Sequence record: DRR723986_33163
Reading direction: 5' to 3' (one strand)
DNA length: 64,000 bases
Positions 9,456-17,117 of this stretch are shown piece after piece. The position numbers were made by a program, and so were the translations under genes. The first letter of the stretch is position 1; the number at the start of each line of letters is the position of its first letter. Under the pieces are notes generated by a model. That model searched no databases. It was not told where the DNA came from and saw only the letters and a list, made by a program, of their open reading frames with translations.

Positions 9456-10208
9456 ATGGCTATATTTAAATATCCGTTTTGGGTTTTGTATCGCATTTGG
9501 TTCTACATTTTAGTAGCCTTACCAATAATTGTATTATTCCCTATCCTTTTAGCTTCTATTTCTCGAGAAAAGTGGTATCCTTTTTTCTTTAAGCTTGCGC
9601 GCTTTTGGGCAAAATTTATACTTGTTGGGATGGGATTTGCCTATAAAATAAATAAAGAACAGACTCCAGACCAAACGAAAAGCTATATGTTCGTTGCAAA
9701 CCATACTTCTATGGTAGATATAATGCTAATGCTTACAGCTGTAAAGAATCCATTTGTTTTTGTTGGCAAAAAAGAATTGGCAAAAATACCTTTGTTTGGA
9801 TTTTTCTATAAACGCACTTGTATTTTGGTAGACAGAAGTAGCGCCAAAAGCAGACAAGCTGTTTTTTTAAGAGCACAAAACAGACTAAAACAAGGCTTGA
9901 GTATTTGTATTTTTCCAGAAGGTGGAGTACCAGAAGAGCATGTTGTTTTAGACAGTTTTAAGGATGGTGCTTTCCGTCTGGCTATAAATCATCAAATACC
10001 TGTGGTACCAATCACATTTTACGATAACAAAAAACGATTCTCATATACTTTTTTTAGTGGTGGTCCGGGAATAATGCAAGCTAAAATCCACAGATTTTTT
10101 GATACCGACGGATTGACCGTTGAGGACACTAAATCCTTAAATGAGAGCACAAGAAACTTAATTTTAGATGAATTAAGCAAACCTGTAAAAACAAAAAAGC
10201 CACTCTAA
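9456..10208 (+). CDS. plsC: 1-acyl-sn-glycerol-3-phosphate acyltransferase family
   Basis: NHTSMVD (HxxxxD), IFPEGG, FKDGAF motifs. Confidence 0.85.
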   Translation: MAIFKYPFWVLYRIWFYILVALPIIVLFPILLASISREKWYPFFFKLARFWAKFILVGMGFAYKINKEQTPDQTKSYMFVANHTSMVDIMLMLTAVKNPFVFVGKKELAKIPLFGFFYKRTCILVDRSSAKSRQAVFLRAQNRLKQGLSICIFPEGGVPEEHVVLDSFKDGAFRLAINHQIPVVPITFYDNKKRFSYTFFSGGPGIMQAKIHRFFDTDGLTVEDTKSLNESTRNLILDELSKPVKTKKPL

Positions 10209-10223
10209 CCAGGAGTAGCTTTT
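10193..10223 (-). terminator. Intrinsic terminator of the ECF operon (possibly bidirectional)
   Basis: Minus strand AAAAGCTACTC-ctggtta-GAGTGGCTTTTTT with one U-G pair and a U-tract. Confidence 0.75.
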
Positions 10224-10284
10224 GTCATCATTGCATTCATCATTGCTTTTTGTACTGCAATAACCTAACCTAAAATAATTGTAC

Positions 10285-11868
10285 CTAAAACTTAAAACTT
10301 AAACCTGTATACACTCCAATAAAGAATGGTCTAAAATTACCAGACGTATTATTAAAGGTATTCAGTTGATACTTGAATTGTGGTTCAAGATTTATATTCC
10401 ATTGCTTGGATAGACTATAATCTAAGCCTAATCCAAAGTTTGCACTAAAACTTGTGCTATTAATATTATTTGCTTCGCCAATTAAGGTGCTTACACCATC
10501 AATATCTGCGTATATTTCATTGTTGCTTAAAAAGAATGTACTAAACCCACCAATGACGTTTATACCAAACTTTTTATCTAGTAAGCGATATTCTAACTCT
10601 AATGGTACTTCTATAAAGCCAAAACGTTGGTCAATTTCACCTGCAATTTTTGTGTTAAACATCTCTGCTTTAGAAATACTATTATATTTCTTCGCATCCA
10701 TAAATGAAATTGAGTGATCATGATTTTTGTATTTCACATTTGGCATTTGTGTGCTTTCTCCACGCATTAAAGCTTCTGTCCCAGTAAATGCTACAATATT
10801 AGTTGTAACGTGATTTAAATTAACTCTGTTAATACCAGCGCGTACCTTTAATCGTTTTGAAACCGCATAAGAACCAGCAATACCATAACTCATATTAATA
10901 TCGCTACTCTTTGAATTCATTACAAATTGTTCATTGATAGGCGAACCTTCACCTAATGAACCAAAATAAACAGGTGCAACATTCGGAGCGATGCTCCACC
11001 TGCTTTGCTCATCTTCTTTTTCTTTTTCAATTGTATTTTCTGCGATAGCATCCTCAATAGATTGTTTTTTAGGATCTTCAACTATTGTGTTTTGTGTGTT
11101 TTCTTTATCAGACTTTTCAGTTTCAGCACCATTAGCATCTGTACTTTCTGAATTGCCAGAAGTTGAATTTTCCGCAACTGCAGTAGTATTATTTTCAACA
11201 GTTTTTTTGAGGGCAGATTTTATGTCTGACTTATTGATAGTAGTTGCATCAGTATTATCTGAATTTTCAGAATTTGACCTCGTCTTATTTGTATTAGCTG
11301 CAACTTTAGTGTTGTTATCTTTATTAGGAATGTTTGTTAAAACCTTTCTGTTTTGCTCAGTACTTGTTGATTGTACTTTTTCTTTAACAGAGTTTGCAAC
11401 TGCATTTGACTTAAATTGAGATTTGTTTGGTGCAGTTAATTGATTTGAAGGTGCATTGATTTTGGTGTTATTATTAATAGCACCATCTTCTTGGTTTTCA
11501 TTAGAACTAAGATCTTCATTTGAATCTGTAACCTGAAGATCATTACCTTCCACAGTTTTTAATTCTTCTTGCTTCTCCTTAGAAGATGAATTATTACTTT
11601 CTTTAATAGCGTTGTTTTGCTCAGTCTCAACAACAGGTAAATTATTATTAGAGTCACCAAAGTCAAAAACAGAAACACCAACAGTTAATAATAAAGCAAT
11701 CGCTGCAGCAACTCCACCGATTTGCCACCAGATAGGAATTACTCTACGTTTTTTCTTTTTATTAGGAAGATCTTGGCTTATACGATTCCACATCGCATCA
11801 CTTGGTGCGACTTCAAAATCTTTAAACTTTTCCTGAAAAAGTCTATCTATGTTCTTCTTATTACTCAT
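10285..11868 (-). CDS. Putative dual-membrane-spanning anti-sigma factor (Dma/Reo-like)
   Basis: N-terminal IDRLFQEKFKDFEVAPSDAMWNRI domain, basic patch plus TM helix, about 220-aa S/N/T/E/K-rich linker, C-terminal amphipathic beta strands ending YTGLSFKF; directly after an ECF sigma gene. Confidence 0.75.
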   Translation of the reverse strand: MSNKKNIDRLFQEKFKDFEVAPSDAMWNRISQDLPNKKKKRRVIPIWWQIGGVAAAIALLLTVGVSVFDFGDSNNNLPVVETEQNNAIKESNNSSSKEKQEELKTVEGNDLQVTDSNEDLSSNENQEDGAINNNTKINAPSNQLTAPNKSQFKSNAVANSVKEKVQSTSTEQNRKVLTNIPNKDNNTKVAANTNKTRSNSENSDNTDATTINKSDIKSALKKTVENNTTAVAENSTSGNSESTDANGAETEKSDKENTQNTIVEDPKKQSIEDAIAENTIEKEKEDEQSRWSIAPNVAPVYFGSLGEGSPINEQFVMNSKSSDINMSYGIAGSYAVSKRLKVRAGINRVNLNHVTTNIVAFTGTEALMRGESTQMPNVKYKNHDHSISFMDAKKYNSISKAEMFNTKIAGEIDQRFGFIEVPLELEYRLLDKKFGINVIGGFSTFFLSNNEIYADIDGVSTLIGEANNINSTSFSANFGLGLDYSLSKQWNINLEPQFKYQLNTFNNTSGNFRPFFIGVYTGLSFKF

Positions 11869-11870
11869 TT

Positions 11871-12416
11871 TTATATTGACTGCGAACTTTCATTCGACTT
11901 GTAATCTTCTATTTTTTCTTTTAAAATCAATCTAGCTCGTGCTAAATTAGATTTTGAGGTTCCGGTTGAAATATTAATTAATCCACTGATTTCTACGTGA
12001 GAATAACCATCTAAAACATATAGATTAAAAACTAATCTGTAACGATCTGGTAATTCTTGTATAATTTTTAATAAAAAATCAATACTTAAACCTTCGTCAT
12101 CAATTTCTACATTTACATCTGCAATATTTCCTTCGTTAACTATATCAAAAACACCAACGTTTTCTCTATAGCGCTGCAATGATGTATTAATTGCTATTCG
12201 TTTTAACCAACCTTCAAAAGAACCTTTATTATTATACTGATCTATTTTACTAAATACAGTTATAAATGCATCGTGCAGGTTATCTTCTGCTTCTGCATAG
12301 TTTTTAGAGTACTTAAGACAAAGTGAAAATAATTTACTTGCAAACTGCTTGTATAATTGACTTTGAGCTTTAGCATCTTGTTTAATACAATTTTCTATGA
12401 GTCTCTCTAAACTCAC
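11871..12416 (-). CDS. ECF RNA polymerase sigma factor
   Basis: AQSQLY, EAEDNLHDAF, GSFEGWLKRIAIN (region 2); LPDRYRLVFNLY...GYSHVEIS...GTSKSNLARAR (region 4). Confidence 0.95.
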   Translation of the reverse strand: MSLERLIENCIKQDAKAQSQLYKQFASKLFSLCLKYSKNYAEAEDNLHDAFITVFSKIDQYNNKGSFEGWLKRIAINTSLQRYRENVGVFDIVNEGNIADVNVEIDDEGLSIDFLLKIIQELPDRYRLVFNLYVLDGYSHVEISGLINISTGTSKSNLARARLILKEKIEDYKSNESSQSI

Positions 12417-12440
12417 ATTTTAGCTGGAATTAATTAATAA

Positions 12441-12890
12441 TTATTTTATCTCGCCCGCATCATTCTTGATCGTTTCGCCATCTGTTACGGAAACTTCTTG
12501 TTTTTGATACTTGTCTTTACCATTGGCATCTTCTCCTTGGTAAAATTTAAATTTACTTGTATCATTCTCAGTATCTACATAATTAAAGCTAACTGTAATT
12601 TTCTCTGCAGTAGAGCCATAATTTACATCAGTGTATACCTTGTTAATTACTGCAATGGTTTTTTCATTACCATTTACTTCATAATAGAAATCATTGAACT
12701 CATAACAAGACGAAGGTCTATAATAAGTGCCATTGATTTCATATGTTTTTCCGAGCACAAATTGCTTAGGCACTTCAACACTTTCAATCGGTAAGATACT
12801 GAGATAAAACTCTTGTCTTTCTTCATTCTCAACAGAACACGAGGTTAATGTTAGAATGAAAATTGAAACCAATAAAAAGCACCTTTTCAT
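12441..12890 (-). CDS. Lipoprotein, first gene of the ECF operon
   Basis: Lipobox LTSC followed by an acidic stretch; LPIESVEVP..F..G..YEI pattern. Confidence 0.7.
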   Translation of the reverse strand: MKRCFLLVSIFILTLTSCSVENEERQEFYLSILPIESVEVPKQFVLGKTYEINGTYYRPSSCYEFNDFYYEVNGNEKTIAVINKVYTDVNYGSTAEKITVSFNYVDTENDTSKFKFYQGEDANGKDKYQKQEVSVTDGETIKNDAGEIK

Positions 12891-12916
12891 AAATAATTAT
12901 AATCAATTTCAGTCTA

Positions 12917-12946
12917 TAGATGCAAAAAGTGTAAAATGGTTGCGTC
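12917..12946 (-). promoter_or_regulatory. ECF-type promoter, copy 1 (left arm of exact 30-bp inverted repeat)
   Basis: Minus strand GACGCAACCATTTTACACTTTTTGCATCTA = GCAACC-N15-CATCTA, 26 nt upstream of the lipoprotein ATG. Confidence 0.75.
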
Positions 12947-12957
12947 TAAAAATAAAA

Positions 12958-12982
12958 AAATCCTGAATTTTTTTCAGGATTT
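12958..12982 (-). terminator. recA terminator
   Basis: AAATCCTGAA-N5-TTCAGGATTT followed by a T-tract on the minus strand, just after the recA stop. Confidence 0.8.
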
Positions 12983-12994
12983 CTATTTTTTGTC

Positions 12995-13996
12995 TTAGGC
13001 TTCGTTTATCAAGGCCCTTACTTTATCTTCTAATTCATCCATTAAATCTGGATTATCTTTAATTAAAGATTTTACAGCATCTCGTCCCTGACCAAGTTTG
13101 GTGTCTTCATAACTAAACCAAGAACCACTCTTTTTAACAATGTCATGCTCTACTGCTAAGTCTAAAATTTCACCAACTTTAGAAATGCCTTCTCCATACA
13201 TAATGTCAAACTCAGCCATTCTAAATGGTGGAGCTACTTTGTTTTTCACCACTTTAACTCTAGTCTTATTACCCATCACAGTACTATTACTGTCTTTAAT
13301 TTGAGTAGAACGTCTTATATCTAAACGTACAGAAGCATAAAATTTTAAGGCATTACCACCTGTCGTAGTTTCAGGATTACCAAACATAACTCCAATCTTT
13401 TCACGAAGTTGATTAATAAAAATCATCGTACAATTGGTTTTACTGATAGAGGCAGTCAATTTTCTTAAGGCTTGAGACATTAAACGCGCATGTAGACCCA
13501 TTTTAGAATCACCCATTTCGCCTTCAATTTCACTTTTTGGAGTTAATGCAGCTACCGAATCCACAACTATTATATCAATAGCTCCTGATCGTACTAAGTT
13601 ATCTGCAATTTCTAGAGCTTGTTCTCCATTATCAGGTTGAGAAATAATTAAGTTTTCTAAATCAACACCCAATTTTTCTGCATAAAAACGATCAAAAGCA
13701 TGCTCAGCATCAATAAATGCCGCAATCCCTCCAGCCTTTTGAGCTTCAGCGATAGCATGAAGCGTTAAAGTTGTTTTACCAGATGATTCTGGTCCGTATA
13801 TTTCAATTACTCTACCTCTAGGATAGCCTCCAACACCTAAAGCGATATCTAAGCCTAAAGAACCAGAAGATATAGCATCAACATCTTCTATAGCCTGATC
13901 ACTCATCTTCATAACTGTGCCCTTACCATAGGCTTTATCTAACTTGTCTAATGTAAGTTTTAGGGCTTTTAATTTTGCGTCTTTTTCACTACTCAT
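12995..13996 (-). CDS. recA: Recombinase RecA
   Basis: GPESSGKTT Walker [45 protein letters not shown]. Confidence 0.99.
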   Translation of the reverse strand: MSSEKDAKLKALKLTLDKLDKAYGKGTVMKMSDQAIEDVDAISSGSLGLDIALGVGGYPRGRVIEIYGPESSGKTTLTLHAIAEAQKAGGIAAFIDAEHAFDRFYAEKLGVDLENLIISQPDNGEQALEIADNLVRSGAIDIIVVDSVAALTPKSEIEGEMGDSKMGLHARLMSQALRKLTASISKTNCTMIFINQLREKIGVMFGNPETTTGGNALKFYASVRLDIRRSTQIKDSNSTVMGNKTRVKVVKNKVAPPFRMAEFDIMYGEGISKVGEILDLAVEHDIVKKSGSWFSYEDTKLGQGRDAVKSLIKDNPDLMDELEDKVRALINEA

Positions 13997-14025
13997 TTAT
14001 TCTTCTTTCTTAATTAATGTGACAT

Positions 14026-14055
14026 CAAAAATACCACTTATTTTAATTTTTTCAA
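14026..14055 (-). promoter_or_regulatory. recA housekeeping promoter
   Basis: TTG-N19-TATTTTTG, matching the Bacteroidota -33/-7 consensus. Confidence 0.7.
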
Positions 14056-14061
14056 TTTTAT

Positions 14062-14091
14062 GACGCAACCATTTTACACTTTTTGCATCTA
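14062..14091 (+). promoter_or_regulatory. ECF-type promoter, copy 2 (right arm of exact 30-bp inverted repeat)
   Basis: GACGCAACCATTTTACACTTTTTGCATCTA, 30/30 identical to the reverse complement of 12917-12946. Confidence 0.75.
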
Positions 14092-14095
14092 CTAG

Positions 14096-14311
14096 ATGAA
14101 AAAGGAAATAGTTGCTATGAAAACCCCTTAAAAAGTCGAGATAAGTCTTGTAAAAATTTTTCTACTTTTTAATTTTAAATTAGCAAAAACAGGTCATGCA
14201 ACTGCTGATTAAGTCAGCAGTTGTAAAACCATTTGATTAACCTTTTTTAAATTTAGTTTTAGTTATAGTTAATCTAAAAAAGCACTTTGACAGTATCAAA
14301 GTGCTTTTTTT
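14096..14311 (+). ncRNA. Candidate ECF-dependent small RNA
   Basis: Lies between promoter copy 2 and a strong terminator; internal perfect 10-bp hairpin CAACTGCTGA/TCAGCAGTTG (14199-14223); the only ORF I noted is an 11-codon one at the 5' end. Confidence 0.5.
14276..14311 (+). terminator. Strong intrinsic terminator closing the candidate sRNA
   Basis: AAAAAAGCACTTTGA-cagta-TCAAAGTGCTTTTTTT, with no annotated CDS ending upstream on this strand. Confidence 0.85.
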
Positions 14312-14378
14312 ATGCCTAATTGCTTAAAAATAATACCTTTGCACTTTAATTATTCTTTAACCTTAAAATTAGTATAGC

Positions 14379-15449
14379 ATGCAACTGTACAATAACTTAA
14401 GTGCTAAAGAAAGAGCAGAACTTATTAAAAAAGCGGGAAAAGAACGCTTAACAATCTCTTTCTATAAGTACGCCAAAATTGGCAATCCAGAAATTTTTAG
14501 AAATCATATGTTCTTAGCTTGGGACGAACTCGATGTCCTAGGTAGAATTTATGTAGCGAATGAAGGTATTAATGCACAGCTATCGGTACCTGCCGAAAAC
14601 TTTGATGCTTTTAAAAACCATTTAGACACAATTACTTTTTTAGAAAACGTGCGATTAAATGTTGCAATAGAGCATGATAACTTTGCTTTTTTAAAGCTAA
14701 AAGTAAAAGTGCGTCATAAAATTGTTGCAGATGGTCTTAATGATGAAACGTTCGATGTTACCAACAAAGGAATTCATGTTGGTGCAGAACAATTTAATGC
14801 ATTAATTGAAGATCCAGATACGGTATTAGTTGATATGAGAAATCATTACGAAAGTGAAATAGGTCATTTTAAAAACGCCATTACTCCAGATGTAGATACC
14901 TTTAGAGAATCTTTAGATTTAATTGAGGAAGACTTAAGAGAACATAAGGAAGACAAAAAATTGGTGATGTACTGTACTGGTGGAATTCGTTGTGAAAAAG
15001 CAAGTGCATACTATAAGCACAAAGGGTTTAAAAATGTATTTCAATTAGAAGGCGGTATAATAAATTATCGAAGACAAGTAGAATCTGAAGGCCTTGAAAA
15101 TAAATTTATTGGAAAAAACTTTGTGTTTGATCAAAGACGTTCCGAAAGAATATCTGATGACGTAATTGCTAATTGTCACCAATGTGGTAAACCAGCAGAT
15201 ATGCACACCAATTGCGCAAATGAAGCTTGCCATTTATTATTTATACAATGTGATGAGTGCAAAGAAAAAATGGACAATTGTTGTTCTACAAATTGCCAGG
15301 GAATTATAAAGTTACCTTACGAAGAACAAAAGGCAGTACGAAAAGGACAGGGTAATAGTAATGATATCTTTAAGAAAGGAAGAGCAGATCATTTGCCTTA
15401 TAAAAAAGATTTGAGAAATATTTTTGAAATTTTAAAGTCAACAAAATAA
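14379..15449 (+). CDS. trhO: tRNA uridine(34) hydroxylase / rhodanese-related UPF0176 protein
   Basis: ISFYKY, GRIYVANEGINAQ, DMRNHYESEIGHF, MYCTGGIRCEKA, QLEGGI, Cys-rich C-terminus; TACCTTTG promoter at 14334-14341. Confidence 0.9.
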   Translation: MQLYNNLSAKERAELIKKAGKERLTISFYKYAKIGNPEIFRNHMFLAWDELDVLGRIYVANEGINAQLSVPAENFDAFKNHLDTITFLENVRLNVAIEHDNFAFLKLKVKVRHKIVADGLNDETFDVTNKGIHVGAEQFNALIEDPDTVLVDMRNHYESEIGHFKNAITPDVDTFRESLDLIEEDLREHKEDKKLVMYCTGGIRCEKASAYYKHKGFKNVFQLEGGIINYRRQVESEGLENKFIGKNFVFDQRRSERISDDVIANCHQCGKPADMHTNCANEACHLLFIQCDECKEKMDNCCSTNCQGIIKLPYEEQKAVRKGQGNSNDIFKKGRADHLPYKKDLRNIFEILKSTK

Positions 15450-15453
15450 TTAA

Positions 15454-15479
15454 AAGGCTCTAAATTAATTAGAGCCTTT
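15454..15479. terminator. Bidirectional terminator
   Basis: AAAGGCTCTAA-atta-TTAGAGCCTTT style hairpin between convergent genes. Confidence 0.75.
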
Positions 15480-15515
15480 ATTAGTTTACTTCTTTATTAG
15501 TTTCATTGATTTTAT

Positions 15516-16886
15516 CTAATTTTGTTCGCCTTTAAGTTTAATAAAATAAACACCTTTAGAAAGGTTGATTAAATCTAATTTTTGAATTCCATTACCTGAT
15601 AGATCGTCTTGAACAAATACACTTTTTCCTAAGACATCAAATATTTGAGCAGACTTTATTTTTGTTGTTGAATTAATATTTACAATAGAATTAAAAGGGT
15701 TTGGATAAATTGAGGTGGACGCTAAAGATTTGTCTTCTACACTAAGAGCACCAATATTAAATGAATGCGTTACTGTTTCGCCATTATAAGTGGCTTCCCA
15801 TTTCCATTCACCTTCCATATTATACACTCCTTGATAATACCAGTATAACCAAGACGCATAATAGGTTGCAGTAAGTGTGTAATTCCAATTATATAATATA
15901 GAATTGTCTGGTCTTATGATTTTTAAACTTACAATTTCACCCATAACCTGATCCCTTAGGTGTAGTCCAAAATATATGGTGTCATCTATGCTAAATTGAT
16001 CACTAATATTTGTAATTTCTTGTGTTGGACAACTAGGAAATACTGGCACATCTGAATGGGTTAAAACAGCATTTATTCCCGGGTTAACATATGGTTTTTG
16101 GGATTGCCACCAGGTTTCAGAATTCATGGTATTGCACGTACCCACATAGGGATCTACTAATTGAGTGTATGTGGCATCTGTCCATACTTCGAAATGTAAA
16201 TGTGGTCCGGTAGAATTACCTGAACTCCCCATTACACCCAAAAACTCTCCTTCTGAAACCATATCGCCTACATTTTTAGACGTTTGAGAACCATTTTTTA
16301 AATGACCATACCAAGCAATACTTCCATCACTATGTTGAACATATACAGCATTCCAGAAATTACTATTAAAATCACAACTACGGTCAAACTGACCATCGGT
16401 TTTAGCAATGATTTGCCCAGGAGCCGCCGCAACAATTTCAACGTAATTGTTATCCATCATATGCCACGTAAAAGGCCATGAGTATATATCTATTCCCTGA
16501 TGATTATAGCCACTTGAAGTATCATAAGTTCTAGGGCCACAATTATAATCAGATAATGCATTTGGAGCAATAGGATTATGGTCTACATAATTTGAAATGG
16601 CCCAAACATCATTATAAAAAACATTAGATGCTTTCTGAACAGGCCATACAAATAAAGGGTGTGTTCCCCTATTATCTTCTTCAAATGCCAGCCTATTTTG
16701 TAGTCGCAAAGTTTCAATTCCTTCCTTTGTAAATTGCATCACTTCTTGACGTTGCTCTGTAGTTAAACAAGGTGTTTCGGTTATGTTATTTGTGTATTGC
16801 CCTGTTTGAGGATTAGAAATGAGGTTTTGAGAATAAGAGATTGACACACCTGTCAAAAAGAAAAAGAGTGTAATTTTTAATTTCAT
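15516..16886 (-). CDS. M23 peptidase with T9SS type-A C-terminal domain, truncated by a premature TAG
   Basis: HQGID (HxxxD), YGHL, GNSTGPHLHFEV; CTD IYPNPF...LSKGVYFIK; the frame continues IKSMKLIKK to TAA at 15486-15488. Confidence 0.85.
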   Translation of the reverse strand: MKLKITLFFFLTGVSISYSQNLISNPQTGQYTNNITETPCLTTEQRQEVMQFTKEGIETLRLQNRLAFEEDNRGTHPLFVWPVQKASNVFYNDVWAISNYVDHNPIAPNALSDYNCGPRTYDTSSGYNHQGIDIYSWPFTWHMMDNNYVEIVAAAPGQIIAKTDGQFDRSCDFNSNFWNAVYVQHSDGSIAWYGHLKNGSQTSKNVGDMVSEGEFLGVMGSSGNSTGPHLHFEVWTDATYTQLVDPYVGTCNTMNSETWWQSQKPYVNPGINAVLTHSDVPVFPSCPTQEITNISDQFSIDDTIYFGLHLRDQVMGEIVSLKIIRPDNSILYNWNYTLTATYYASWLYWYYQGVYNMEGEWKWEATYNGETVTHSFNIGALSVEDKSLASTSIYPNPFNSIVNINSTTKIKSAQIFDVLGKSVFVQDDLSGNGIQKLDLINLSKGVYFIKLKGEQN

Positions 16887-17075
16887 AATTAATAGCTTTA
16901 AAGTTTACACTAAATCATCGTATAAATTTGGAAAAGTGAGCATAAAGTATGTAAAATACTGATTATAAGCAATATATATTGTATTTTTATTGCCCTAAAC
17001 TGTATTCTGATTCCTAATTACTTTTCTGAATAAATAATATTACCTTTACTTTTTAAATAAATTTTGAATCCTTTC

Positions 17076-17097
17076 TCTAGATATGCAAATATCTAGA
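17076..17097 (+). promoter_or_regulatory. GNRA-capped hairpin in the ricT leader
   Basis: TCTAGATAT-GCAA-ATATCTAGA, 20 nt before the ATG. Confidence 0.45.
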
Positions 17098-17117
17098 CTT
17101 AATATATAGAATTTTTT

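Noticed and set aside
10991-11419. 142-aa plus-strand ORF and other short antisense ORFs in the track (520-834, 22106-22456, 28948-29265, 48477-48734, 63750-63947 and others)
   Set aside because: They mostly or wholly overlap well-supported genes on the opposite strand or frame and show no recognisable motifs
12917-14091. IS or transposon terminal inverted repeats around recA
   Set aside because: No transposase and no target-site duplication seen; the repeat has promoter architecture and is correctly placed for the adjacent operon
11871-14311. RNA-guided sigma system (nuclease-dead Cas12f/TnpB plus sigmaE and guide RNA)
   Set aside because: No Cas12f/TnpB-like ORF nearby; the sigma has a conventional anti-sigma partner and a promoter with both -35 and -10 boxes
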